Shown: positions 1 through 10,033 of the stretch, in pieces
Layout: each line of letters opens with the position of its first letter
Position numbering within the stretch: the stretch's first letter is position 1
Source of the DNA: an uncultured Aquabacterium sp.
Lineage (GTDB): Bacteria > Pseudomonadota > Gammaproteobacteria > Burkholderiales > Burkholderiaceae_C
NCBI GenBank assembly: GCA_964453105.1
Contig: CAYVOP010000002.1
Span: forward strand, 6,321-70,320
DNA: 64,000 bases
Direction of reading: 5' to 3'
Position numbers and translations under genes: made by a program
Notes under the pieces: model-generated
Told to the model about the DNA's origin: nothing
The model's input: the letters and a program-made list of their open reading frames with translations, nothing else
Databases searched by the model: none

Positions 1-1706
1 CGCACGGGGTTGGGACGATCCAGCACCATGATCCGCACGCCCTGTTCGGCTGCGGCCCGCATGGCTTCGGCCAGGGTGGAAATGTAGGTATAGAAGCGCG
101 CCCCCGCGTCTTGCAGATCAAACACCAGGGTGTCGATGTCGCGCAAAGAGTCTGCCGTGGGGCGGCGTTGATCGCCATACAGGCTGATCAGTGTCAGGCC
201 GCTGAGGGGCTCTAGGCCGGATGCGATCTTGCCTTCGGCATCGCCATACAGGCCATGTTCGGGGCTGAACACTTTGATCAGTTGCACCCCGGGTGCCCAG
301 CGTAGCCGGTCCAGGGTTCGCCAGCCTTGACGATCAACCGCAGCAAGGTGGGTGATGAGGCCGATGCGCCGCCCGATCAAAGGTGCGAACTGTTGGGCTT
401 GCAGCATGTCAATGCCGGTGGCCACAGTCGGGCTGATAGGGCTGGCGGGCGCAGGGGGGGGCGGCGCCTTGGTTGGGGCGTGGGGTGCAAGGGGCGGGTT
501 CAGGCTGGACAGCAGGGCCAAGACCTCGCGCCGCAGCGGCCGTGCGTCGCCCTTGCCATCCGGGTGAAGCCGGTTGCTGAGCAGCACCACGAAGCGCTTT
601 TGTATCAGGTCAATCCACAAACCTGTGCCGGTGTAGCCCGTGTGTCCGATCAGGCCCAACGGGGTCTGCTGGTCCCGGTTGGCGACCAAGGGGGCCTGCA
701 ATTGCCAGCCCAGGCCACGCCACTCCGATTCATGGGCCGGACTTTGCAATCGGGCCAGTTCCTGCAGTGTTTGTGCTTTCAGCAAACGGCCAGGCTGCAG
801 CATGGCCTGAGCGAAACGGGCCAGGTCATCGGCGCTGCCAAACAGGCCGGCATGGCCCGCCACGCCCGCCATGCGCCGAGCGATGGGGTCGTGAACTCGG
901 CCTTGGAGCCACTGACCATGGGCCAAAGGTTCGGTGGGGGCAATGCGGCTGGACCAGGCGCGCGGCGGCAGGTAGCCTGAATCGTGCATGTGCAGTGGCA
1001 GCAAGATGTGCTGTCGAACGTACAAGGGCAAGGGCATGTGCGACACCCGCTGCACAATTTCGCCCAGCACCATGAAGTTGATGTCGCTATAGAGCGTGTG
1101 CGTTCCCGGTGGTGACAAGGGCTGCTCGGCTAACACACGTCGCATGGCCTCGGCTGGGCCTTGCCAATCGGGTTGCAGAGAAATGTCCGGCCTCAGTCCT
1201 GATGTGTGCGCCAGCAGTTGGCGAATCGTGATGCGGTCTTTGCCCTTGCTGGAAAAGGCTGGCCAGTAGCGGGTGGCGGGGGCATCCAGTTGCACGCGTC
1301 CCTGTTCGACCAGTTGCAACACCGCAGTGGTGGTGGCCACCACTTTGGTCAGCGAAGCCAGGTCAAAAATGGTGTCGGGGCTCATGGCCTCGGCCACAGG
1401 CTGGCGACTGCGCCAGCCCCACTGGCGCCGCAGCCAGACGCGATCGGCATCCCCCATCACCAGCACGGCGCCGGGAAGTTGCCCGGCGTTGATCTGCGCT
1501 TGAACGGCTGCATCCAGCGGCGCCCAATTGTTCGCCTGGGCAGGCAGGCCGGTGGTTGACGACTGCAGGCGTTCGATTGGCGCGGTCGTGGTCGATTCCG
1601 CGTGGGCGGAGGCGTGGAAGGCGCCGCAACCGAGCATCATCGACCACAACGCCAGGACGGCCTTCTGTCGATTGGAGGGATGCGACAAGCGCGGTGTGAG
1701 TTTCAT
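1..1706 (-). CDS. Secreted serine hydrolase (beta-lactamase/AmiE-like) fused to a DUF1343/NamZ-like exo-beta-N-acetylmuramidase domain; 3' end runs off the window
   Basis: Translated by hand; absent from the ORF track because there is no stop in the window. ATG at 1706 overlaps the upstream stop (ATGA). Contains a signal-like N-terminus, SxxK (LASLTK), YSD and GHTG, then FSPEHG and DLQDAGARFYTYIST...VLDRPNP, typical of DUF1343. Confidence 0.88.
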   Translation of the reverse strand, partial: MKLTPRLSHPSNRQKAVLALWSMMLGCGAFHASAHAESTTTAPIERLQSSTTGLPAQANNWAPLDAAVQAQINAGQLPGAVLVMGDADRVWLRRQWGWRSRQPVAEAMSPDTIFDLASLTKVVATTTAVLQLVEQGRVQLDAPATRYWPAFSSKGKDRITIRQLLAHTSGLRPDISLQPDWQGPAEAMRRVLAEQPLSPPGTHTLYSDINFMVLGEIVQRVSHMPLPLYVRQHILLPLHMHDSGYLPPRAWSSRIAPTEPLAHGQWLQGRVHDPIARRMAGVAGHAGLFGSADDLARFAQAMLQPGRLLKAQTLQELARLQSPAHESEWRGLGWQLQAPLVANRDQQTPLGLIGHTGYTGTGLWIDLIQKRFVVLLSNRLHPDGKGDARPLRREVLALLSSLNPPLAPHAPTKAPPPPAPASPISPTVATGIDMLQAQQFAPLIGRRIGLITHLAAVDRQGWRTLDRLRWAPGVQLIKVFSPEHGLYGDAEGKIASGLEPLSGLTLISLYGDQRRPTADSLRDIDTLVFDLQDAGARFYTYISTLAEAMRAAAEQGVRIMVLDRPNPV

Positions 1707-3025
1707 GGCCGGCTGTTCACACTGGTCTTGGGCTTCAGGCCCGATTCGTCGTAGTGGTTGCGGGGGTTCCACAGCATCCATCCCTGCGTGTCGGTGGCTT
1801 CGGCCGCATCGATCTGGGCGCGAATCTCCAGCGCGCCAAAAGGGCGCTTGTCAAAGCCATAGTCTCGGAAGGCTTGGAGCCAGGGGCGCCAGCACACATG
1901 GGTGCCAGTGGCGCGCTGCTTAGCCCGTTTGAGTGTGTGTTCAACGATGGCATACGGTTCGGCCACGGGGTTGCGGTGTTCGGGAATGCCAAAGGTGAAC
2001 CCCGATGGGTAGAGCATGGGCGACAGGTAATCGACATGCGGGGCGATGGCTTCGAGTTGTTGGCCGATCTGGGTGTCGTTGGTGTTCCAGGCCACGTAGC
2101 CAAAGATGTCGGCGGCGATCAGCACGTTGTATCGAGCCAGTCGTTGGCGGGCGGCAGCCAGAAAGGCGTTGATCGTGGCCACACGACGTGACTCGGTCGC
2201 GGGCTCGCTGAAGACCAGCCCCGTGGCATCGGGGAAGCGGATGTAGTCGAATTGGATCTCGTCAAAGCCCATTTGCGCGGCCTCTTCGGCCAACGCCAGG
2301 CTGCGGTCCCAGGCGCCTTGTTGAAACGGATCAATCCAGGCCACGTCTTCCCCATCTCGCCACAGGCTGCCATCGGCGCGGTGGACGGCCCATTGCGGGT
2401 GAGCGCTGGCCCACTGGTTGTCTTTGAACACCACCACCCGAGCGATGAGGTAGAGGTTTTGGGCTTTCAGTTGCCGCACCAGCGCGGGCATGTCTGCCAC
2501 GGTGATGGTTTTTTGCGGGCCCAGGCCCGATGCGGCCACCGAGGCACTGCGATGCGGCACCAGTCCACGGTCGTCTTTCACATCGATGACCAAGGCATTG
2601 ATTTCGGTGGCGGCAGCCAGTTTCAGTGCCGATTCGCGCAAAGGCCGGCTGCCAATGCCAAACACCGACAGGTACAAGGCCTTGGGCCGAATGGGTTGCA
2701 GCGCGAGCGAGTTCGGTGAGGCCGAAGCGAGCGTGTCATTGAGCCGGCTGTAGCCGCAGGCCCGAACGCTCAGGCGTGGCGGGTGGCCTGATGTGTTCAG
2801 CGTGAAGTGGCCTTGCGCATCGGTGCGAACCGATGGCTCTGCGCATGGCGCCCCGCATTGCACGGTGGCATGAGCAATGGGCTGGCCTGATTGGGCATCA
2901 ACCACCTGACCAGACCAGGTCGGTGCGATTTGCGCTTGGGCAGGGTGGCGCAGCAGCAGGCCGAGAAGGAGTCCCCAAAGGAGCCTGGACAACAGATTAG
3001 AGCGCGGGTCGATCACGTGCATCAC
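1703..3025 (-). CDS. Putative glycoside hydrolase (DUF4015-like TIM barrel) with an N-terminal carboxypeptidase-regulatory-like domain
   Basis: Signal peptide; GQVVDAQSGQPIAHATV...TDAQGHF domain; NALVIDVKDD, GFDEIQFDYIRFP and LSPMLYPSGF motifs. Confidence 0.75.
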   Translation of the reverse strand: MMHVIDPRSNLLSRLLWGLLLGLLLRHPAQAQIAPTWSGQVVDAQSGQPIAHATVQCGAPCAEPSVRTDAQGHFTLNTSGHPPRLSVRACGYSRLNDTLASASPNSLALQPIRPKALYLSVFGIGSRPLRESALKLAAATEINALVIDVKDDRGLVPHRSASVAASGLGPQKTITVADMPALVRQLKAQNLYLIARVVVFKDNQWASAHPQWAVHRADGSLWRDGEDVAWIDPFQQGAWDRSLALAEEAAQMGFDEIQFDYIRFPDATGLVFSEPATESRRVATINAFLAAARQRLARYNVLIAADIFGYVAWNTNDTQIGQQLEAIAPHVDYLSPMLYPSGFTFGIPEHRNPVAEPYAIVEHTLKRAKQRATGTHVCWRPWLQAFRDYGFDKRPFGALEIRAQIDAAEATDTQGWMLWNPRNHYDESGLKPKTSVNSRP

Positions 3026-3861
3026 TCCGGGGTGGGCAGAGCAAAAGCTCGTTGCAGCCGACGTGCCAGTTCATGTTCGTCCACGCTGTCCACCATCAGG
3101 TGCCTGGGCACGGCATAAAGCGGGGCACTCAGGAGCGCAGAACGATTTTCCAGCGCGAAGGCTGCGCGATAGCCTTCTGCTTCGGCCATGTTTTGCAAGC
3201 CTGCGTCGCTCAATCCAAAAGGCCAGGCCAGCAAATCGGCCTCTACCCCCAGTTTTTGGCGCAGCACTTCGCGAGGCCGATGCAGTTGCATGCGCGCAGC
3301 CTGCTCGAATGCGGCGGCATCCATGGTGCGTCGGTCGCGAACCAGGTTGGGGTGCCAGTAGGTGTGCGATTGAATCGACACACCTGCTTGCTGGCTGGCC
3401 TGCCGCAATTGGTCCCAGGTCATGGCGTAGCGGGCATTTGAAATGGCCGATGGGTAGATGAACAAGGTGACGGGCCAGCCCCGCTTCTGCAGTCGGGGCA
3501 GCAACACATCGGCTTGTGACCGATGCCCGTCGTCAGCCGTCAGCACCACGGCGCGGTCGGGCAGGTGGGTGCGCTCGCCGCGACGAAAGGCCACCCAGTC
3601 AGACAAGGGGATGATGTGGGCGCCCAACTTCTCCAGCGTGTCGAGGTGTGCGTCGAAGCGCTGGGTGCGCACGGTCATGCTGTCCACGGCGGTCTCGCCA
3701 AAGCGGTGGTAGACCAGAATGGGCACGGCGGTGACGATGCCATTCTGCTTGGGTGCCGCGCCATGGGCGTCGCTCGTGCCCCAGGCGGCACAAAGCACAC
3801 TGCCAAGCCAGGTGCGGCGTGACAGGCTGTGGCCGAAAAGGGTATCGTGTGAGGCGTTCAT
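3022..3861 (-). CDS. Polysaccharide deacetylase (CE4/NodB), probably Tat-exported
   Basis: SRRTWL twin-arginine motif; VPILVYH, LTADDG, SHTYWH and WPFG motifs. Start moved to ATG 3861 (MNASH). Confidence 0.85.
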   Translation of the reverse strand: MNASHDTLFGHSLSRRTWLGSVLCAAWGTSDAHGAAPKQNGIVTAVPILVYHRFGETAVDSMTVRTQRFDAHLDTLEKLGAHIIPLSDWVAFRRGERTHLPDRAVVLTADDGHRSQADVLLPRLQKRGWPVTLFIYPSAISNARYAMTWDQLRQASQQAGVSIQSHTYWHPNLVRDRRTMDAAAFEQAARMQLHRPREVLRQKLGVEADLLAWPFGLSDAGLQNMAEAEGYRAAFALENRSALLSAPLYAVPRHLMVDSVDEHELARRLQRAFALPTPE

Positions 3862-3920
3862 CTTGTTTGCAAGACTAGGGCATTCGGCCCCGGTTTGCAT
3901 GCGCAGGATCAAGGAGCATC

Positions 3921-5402
3921 GTGGCATCTGACCGACAGGCGCAAGGCGATGAGCAGGCCTCGTTCATCGACGTGTTGCGTCAACGCTTGCGGGCCACCGT
4001 GGTGGAGACCCATATTTCGTGGGTCTTGCTGGACGGCACCCACGCCTGGAAGATCAAGAAGCCTTTGAAGCTGGCATTTCTGGATGCTTCAGATTTGGAC
4101 ACCCGTCGCCAGTGGTGCGAGGCTGAGGTAAATCTGAACCGTCGATTGGCGCCTGATTTGTACCTGGGCGTGGTGCCCATCTACGGTTCGCGCTTCCTGC
4201 CCAATTTGGTGGGGCAGGGGCCCGTGATCGATTACATGGTGCAAATGCGTCAGTTTCCGGCTGACGCATTGTTGAGCCATCGCATCGGCGAGGGGCAGAT
4301 CGATCCAGCCTGGCTGGATGATTGGGCGAGCGATCTGGCTCGCTTTCACGCAGAAGCGCCCTGTGCGCCAGCCGGATCAAGCTGGGGTAGCGAGGCATGC
4401 ATCGCCGCCGCCATGCAAGGCGTGCTGGATGGCCTGGCCGCGCACGCCAGTGTGCCGGTGGCGGCCTTGCAAGGTTTGCGTGCCTGGGCTGCCGAGCAGG
4501 CGGTGACTTTGGCCCCCTTGTGGCGTGCGCGGCAGCACCAGGGCAGGGTGGTCGAAGCCCATGGCGACTTGCATCTTGACAACGTATTGCTGTGGCAGGG
4601 CCGTGTCACCGCGTTTGACTGCATCGAATTTGACCCTGCCCTGCGCTGGATTGATGCGCTCAGCGATGCGGCCTTCTTCACCATGGATCTGGCCGCGCAT
4701 GATCGGGGAGACCTGGCCTGGCGGTTTCTGAATGCCTACCTCGACGCCAGTGGCGACCACGCAGGCTTGCCGGTGTTGCGGCACCAACTGGTCTATCGCG
4801 CACTGATTCGCGCCCTGGTGGCTCGACTGCGTGCCCAGCAAACGCATGCGGATCGCGCGCAGCCATCGGAGCCAGACTACCTTGGCCTGGCCCTGCGATG
4901 GGCGGGCTTGACGGCGGCTTCCACGGCTCCGCAGCTAGCCATCACCCATGGGGTGTCGGGTTCAGGTAAAACAGTGGCGGCGGGCCATTGGTCGGTGCGA
5001 CACGAAGCCATTCGCTTGCGCTCTGATGTGGAGCGCCAACGCTTGTTCGGCTCAGGGGCCTATGCGCCAGAGCAAACGCAACGCGTGTATGAACGCCTGT
5101 GGTTCCTGGCAGACCAAGCCTTGGCAGCGGGGTGGTCTGTGGTGGTGGATGCCACCTTTTTGGCCCGGGCGCAGCGGCAGCGGTTTCACATGTTGGCCCA
5201 AGCCCATCGTGTGCCATTTCAGATCTTGCATTGCGAGGCGCCCGATGCGGTCTTGCAGCAACGCATTCGGCAACGCCAGGCATTGGGGCGGGATGCTTCC
5301 GAGGCCGATCTGGCTGTATTGGCGCACCAGCAAGGCACGGCCGAGCCCCTGACCCCGCAAGAGCTACGTGACACCCTGTGGGCACCGCCGCATCAACCTT
5401 GA
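3921..5402 (+). CDS. Bifunctional aminoglycoside-phosphotransferase-like / AAA_33 P-loop kinase protein
   Basis: VETHISWV, HGDLHLDN and DCIEF kinase motifs; Walker A GVSGSGKT; VVVDATF; AAGGAG RBS at 3911. Confidence 0.85.
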   Translation: MASDRQAQGDEQASFIDVLRQRLRATVVETHISWVLLDGTHAWKIKKPLKLAFLDASDLDTRRQWCEAEVNLNRRLAPDLYLGVVPIYGSRFLPNLVGQGPVIDYMVQMRQFPADALLSHRIGEGQIDPAWLDDWASDLARFHAEAPCAPAGSSWGSEACIAAAMQGVLDGLAAHASVPVAALQGLRAWAAEQAVTLAPLWRARQHQGRVVEAHGDLHLDNVLLWQGRVTAFDCIEFDPALRWIDALSDAAFFTMDLAAHDRGDLAWRFLNAYLDASGDHAGLPVLRHQLVYRALIRALVARLRAQQTHADRAQPSEPDYLGLALRWAGLTAASTAPQLAITHGVSGSGKTVAAGHWSVRHEAIRLRSDVERQRLFGSGAYAPEQTQRVYERLWFLADQALAAGWSVVVDATFLARAQRQRFHMLAQAHRVPFQILHCEAPDAVLQQRIRQRQALGRDASEADLAVLAHQQGTAEPLTPQELRDTLWAPPHQP

Positions 5403-5412
5403 CGCAGGACAA
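5399..5412 (+). promoter_or_regulatory. Putative FNR/DNR/NnrR-type box TTGAC-GCAG-GACAA
   Basis: 7/10 match to TTGAT-N4-ATCAA, centred about 72 bp upstream of the DUF59 start. Confidence 0.45.
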
Positions 5413-5477
5413 TGCAATGCCCCTGACATGGGCATGACAGGCTTCCTCCTTCTGGCTTCGCTACCATCAACCCCACC

Positions 5478-5813
5478 ATGCAGGAATCACAACGTTTTGA
5501 GTACACCGGGCCCGATGATCTTCTGGCCCCCATCAGCCGTGCCTTGCAGCGCGTGGTCGACCCCGAAGTGGCCCTGTCGATTCTGGACGTGGGCCTGGTT
5601 TACGCTGTGACGCTCACAGAAGACAAAGCCCATGTGCTGATGACCATGACTTCGGCCGCCTGCCCAGTGACCGATCTCATCATCGATGAGGTTCAGGCTG
5701 AGTTGGACCCGGTGATTCCGGCGCACATGAAGATCGAAGTGGAAATTTGCTGGGAACCACCCTGGAGTCCTGAGCGCATGAGCCCGCAGGCTCGTCAGTT
5801 GATGCAATGGTGA
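5478..5813 (+). CDS. DUF59 / SufT-like metal-sulfur cluster assembly factor
   Basis: VVDPEVALSILDVGLVY, MTMTSAACP and WEPPWSPERMS motifs. Confidence 0.9.
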   Translation: MQESQRFEYTGPDDLLAPISRALQRVVDPEVALSILDVGLVYAVTLTEDKAHVLMTMTSAACPVTDLIIDEVQAELDPVIPAHMKIEVEICWEPPWSPERMSPQARQLMQW

Positions 5814-6901
5814 AACCGGTGTCCTTTGCTTTGCTGCGTCCTGTGGCGATGATGCTGGTGGCATTCAGCCTGGTGGGCGGCTTGGTTGGCGGGCTGATTC
5901 GAGCCGGTGCCGTGTCCAACCCGGCGGCCCCCTGGGCCTTGTCTGCCGCAGCTTGGCATGCCGCGCTGATGATGCCCGCCTTCTTTGGCGCGGTCATTGG
6001 CATTGAGCGTGCTGTGGCGGTGCGGGCCCGGTGGGCCTATTTGGCGCCGTTGGCTTCGGCGCTGGGCGGGGTGGGGCTGCTCACTGGTCATCTAGACTGG
6101 GCCAGGGTTTGCTTTGTCCTGGCCGCCACCGTGTTCGTGGCCGTGAATGCCCTCATCGTGCGCCGTCAGTCAGCGCCGCACACCTGGTTGTTGCTGGGGT
6201 CTGCCATCGTGCTGTGGCTGGCCAATGGGTCTTTCGCATGGACCGGCATGAGTGAAGCGGTGTTGGCTGCCTGGTTTGCTTTCCTGGTGCTGACCATTGC
6301 TGCGGAACGACTGGAGATGTCGCGCCTCATGAGGCGTCATCCTGCTGCCCACCCCTTGCTGGGCGTGGTTCTGCTGGCCTTGTCTCTGGGGCTGGTCGGC
6401 TCGTGGATGGGGGCGAGCTGGGCGGGGGGCTTGTTTGGTATCAGCCTGGTTGGGTTGGCGGCGTGGTTGGGCGCGTTTGATGTGGCACGGCGCACCATTC
6501 ACACCCAGGGCCTGAGCCGTTACATGGCTGTGTGTTTGTTGTTGGGCTATGCCTGGCTGGCGGTGGCGGGCTTGTGTTGGTGGGCGCATGACTCAGGGGG
6601 AGCCTATCGCGACGCGGCGTTGCATGCGCTGGGCCTGGGCTTTGTCATGAGCATGGTGATGGGCCATGCGCCCGTGATCTTGCCCGCCGTGGCGCGTATC
6701 AAGGTGCACTACGATGCGCGCTTCTATCTGCCTTTGGCGGCCCTGCACGCCTCACTGCTGTTGCGCTTGCTTGGCGGCCACGCCTCGGCCCAATTGAAAG
6801 CATGGGGCGCAGGCTTGAATGTGGCCTCCCTGGTTCTGTTTGTGTTGACCATGGTGACGGCGGCCATCAGCTGGCAGCGCCGACATCGTCGTCATTCGTA
6901 A
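5807..6901 (+). CDS. NnrS-like polytopic membrane protein
   Basis: About 11-12 hydrophobic segments; conserved His (WHAALMM, LHALGLGFVMSMVMGHAP); IAAERLE motif; overlaps DUF59. Confidence 0.6.
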   Translation: MVKPVSFALLRPVAMMLVAFSLVGGLVGGLIRAGAVSNPAAPWALSAAAWHAALMMPAFFGAVIGIERAVAVRARWAYLAPLASALGGVGLLTGHLDWARVCFVLAATVFVAVNALIVRRQSAPHTWLLLGSAIVLWLANGSFAWTGMSEAVLAAWFAFLVLTIAAERLEMSRLMRRHPAAHPLLGVVLLALSLGLVGSWMGASWAGGLFGISLVGLAAWLGAFDVARRTIHTQGLSRYMAVCLLLGYAWLAVAGLCWWAHDSGGAYRDAALHALGLGFVMSMVMGHAPVILPAVARIKVHYDARFYLPLAALHASLLLRLLGGHASAQLKAWGAGLNVASLVLFVLTMVTAAISWQRRHRRHS

Positions 6902-7827
6902 GCCGCCAGACGCAGTTGCTCCTGCGGGGTGAACAGCGTGGCCTTCAGTTGCTGGGTCTGTTGAGGATCGGTTGTGCGGGCTTGCTGGTACTGGCGAATG
7001 CGCTCTTTCCAAGCGGCTTCTTCCCGGTCCAGTGCTTCCAGACGGCGTGCAGCATCGGCCCCCACCAGGTTCGTGCGGATCTGCTGGATGTCAGTGGTCG
7101 AGGCGCCGTTCTGGCGTGCTTGTTCTTCCTTGGCAGCCAGGGTCAGATGCAGCACAGGCTGTTCAACGTGGGCCCGGTTCTCTGGCGTCAAGGTGTCTTT
7201 CAGCTTGTCCAGTTCGGCATCGCGCTGCTCTGGCGTGAGTGATTTGTTCTGGGCGATGGCCAATTTGCGGGCCATGTAGTCGTCGTACTCGTCCACATCG
7301 CCAAACAGGGCCTTGATTTCATTGGTTGGAAAGTACAAGGCTCGCAGATCACGAATGGACTTGAAGTGCTGAGCCAGGGCCGGGCCACTCACCTCATGCA
7401 TGCGAGGCTGGTTGAGGTTGCCCAGCGCCGCCTTGAACTTCAAGTAGGCGTCCAGAATGCGCATGGCATGTTGTCGGCCTTGCTCATTGAGTTCGCGCGA
7501 CAGGTCGTCTTCAATGGCGGCGCGAATCTGAGCCTGGGTGCGTTCGCCTACCGCAGTCAAGTGGTATTCGAAGCGGCGAATCAACTCCGGGCTCAGGGCC
7601 AGATCATGGCCCGAGTTGACTAACAGGCCATCAGGCTCAGTGCCCGCAAACGTACGCGCAAACGCCTGGTCTGGGGCGCTTAAAGCGATGGGCGTCTGAG
7701 ATGTCGTGGGCGCCGAGGCTTCGTGCGGGCGCAGGGTGTAAGCCAACAACGCTCCGGCACAGGCCGCCAATGCCCAACCCAGCCGTGCCGGTTGGCTCGA
7801 ACGTTGGATGAGTAGCTTGGTCGACAT
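6892..7827 (-). CDS. Lipase-specific foldase (Lif) 1
   Basis: N-terminal membrane anchor; RRFEYHLTA variant of the RxxFDYFL(S/T)A motif; LVGADAARRLEALD; lies downstream of the lipase. Start moved to ATG 7827 (GGAG RBS). Confidence 0.9.
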   Translation of the reverse strand: MSTKLLIQRSSQPARLGWALAACAGALLAYTLRPHEASAPTTSQTPIALSAPDQAFARTFAGTEPDGLLVNSGHDLALSPELIRRFEYHLTAVGERTQAQIRAAIEDDLSRELNEQGRQHAMRILDAYLKFKAALGNLNQPRMHEVSGPALAQHFKSIRDLRALYFPTNEIKALFGDVDEYDDYMARKLAIAQNKSLTPEQRDAELDKLKDTLTPENRAHVEQPVLHLTLAAKEEQARQNGASTTDIQQIRTNLVGADAARRLEALDREEAAWKERIRQYQQARTTDPQQTQQLKATLFTPQEQLRLAAYE

Positions 7828-7837
7828 CGCAGACTCC

Positions 7838-7861
7838 AAAAAAAGACCGCCGAAGCGGTCT
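7838..7861 (-). terminator. Intrinsic terminator between lipase 1 and foldase 1
   Basis: On the minus strand: AGACCGC-TTCG-GCGGTCT followed by a further 6 T. Confidence 0.8.
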
Positions 7862-7909
7862 GTCAAAAGTAGAGAAACAGTGGAGACAAAAACATCCGGA
7901 GCATTCGGA

Positions 7910-8947
<1,038 letters not shown>

Positions 8948-9047
8948 CTAAATGGGCGGTATTGAGGGAAAGTTCGGATTCGATTGGCGGGGTTTGTCTA
9001 CGCTGTGGCGCGCGCGCTGGGGGCGTTGTTGCGTGCAGGTCAGAAGC

Positions 9048-9064
9048 CTTAAGGGAGGTTTAAG
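9048..9064 (+). promoter_or_regulatory. PmrA/QseB-type direct-repeat box CTTAAG-N5-TTTAAG
   Basis: Exact match to (C/T)TTAA(G/T)-N5-(C/T)TTAA(G/T), just upstream of the cytochrome operon. Confidence 0.7.
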
Positions 9065-9087
9065 GTGCGATCGGCAGCATGTGATCC

Positions 9088-9519
9088 ATGGAGGTTCACA
9101 TGAAGCCCATGACAACGTACTCAGCCCCTTGGATCTTTCGCCTGCTTGCTTGTGGGGCCTTCGCCCTGGGCGCCAGCCACATGGCCCAAGCAGAAACCCC
9201 TCAGAGCTTTCTGGCCGACTATGCCCAGCAGGCGGGGGCGCCAGGCAATGCGGCCCGGGGGCAACAGTTTTTTATCAGCCGACATGGCGGTCAGTGGAGT
9301 TGCGCGTCCTGCCATGGTCAGCTTCCCACGCAAGACGGACGCCATGCCTCGACAGGCAAGGTTATTGCGCCGTTGGCGCCAGCCGCGAACCCACAGCGTT
9401 TTACCGATCCCCGCAAGGTAGAGAAGTGGTTTCGACGCAATTGCGGTGATGTGCTGGATCGCGAATGCACGGCGCAGGAAAAGGCCGATGTGCTGGCCTG
9501 GCTGAATGCCTTGCGTTGA
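9088..9519 (+). CDS. Sphaeroides heme protein-like cytochrome c (DUF1924)
   Basis: Signal peptide; CASCH heme site; C-terminal KWFRRNCGDVLDREC. Start may be ATG 9100. Confidence 0.88.
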   Translation: MEVHMKPMTTYSAPWIFRLLACGAFALGASHMAQAETPQSFLADYAQQAGAPGNAARGQQFFISRHGGQWSCASCHGQLPTQDGRHASTGKVIAPLAPAANPQRFTDPRKVEKWFRRNCGDVLDRECTAQEKADVLAWLNALR

Positions 9520-9535
9520 AATCACAGGAGGCACC

Positions 9536-10033
9536 ATGTTCTATTCAATGAAGCGAGTCGTGTGGGCAATGGCGCTGCTTGGGCCGTGGCTGGCCTTGTC
9601 AGGTGCTTGGGCGCATGACGACGAAGGCGACCGTCCGGGGCGTGCGCGAACGCGTGTGCCCATGCTGGCGGCCTACCAGCAAGAGTGCTCCGCCTGCCAC
9701 ATGGCCTATCCACCCGGGTTACTGCCGGCCGCCTCGTGGCAGGGGTTGATGCAGGGGTTGCCCCACCACTTTGGAAGCGATGCTTCTCTGGACCCTGACA
9801 TGGTCAGGAAGGTGTCGACCTGGCTGGTAGACAACGCGGCCCCCAGCAGGGGCTCGGCGCGTCCTCAGCAAGACCGCATCACCCGGTCCAGCTGGTTCGT
9901 GCATGAGCACGATGAATTGCCCCCATCGGTCTGGCAGCGCGCCGCCATTCGCAGCCCGGCCAATTGCGTGGCCTGCCACGCTGGTGCAGAACAAGGAGAT
10001 TTCAATGAACACCGTGTCCGCATCCCCCGTTGA
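9536..10033 (+). CDS. Diheme cytochrome c (DHC)
   Basis: CSACH and CVACH; AYPPGLLP and HFGSDASLD motifs; GGAGG RBS before ATG 9536. Confidence 0.9.
   Translation: MFYSMKRVVWAMALLGPWLALSGAWAHDDEGDRPGRARTRVPMLAAYQQECSACHMAYPPGLLPAASWQGLMQGLPHHFGSDASLDPDMVRKVSTWLVDNAAPSRGSARPQQDRITRSSWFVHEHDELPPSVWQRAAIRSPANCVACHAGAEQGDFNEHRVRIPR

Noticed and set aside
3899-3912. Third FNR-like half-match ATGCG-CAGG-ATCAA
   Set aside because: It overlaps the RBS of the kinase gene and is too close to either start for confident assignment.
3921-5402. Aminoglycoside-resistance gene (and a beta-lactamase at 1-1706)
   Set aside because: These are fold-level similarities only. The fused architectures match housekeeping families, not resistance enzymes.
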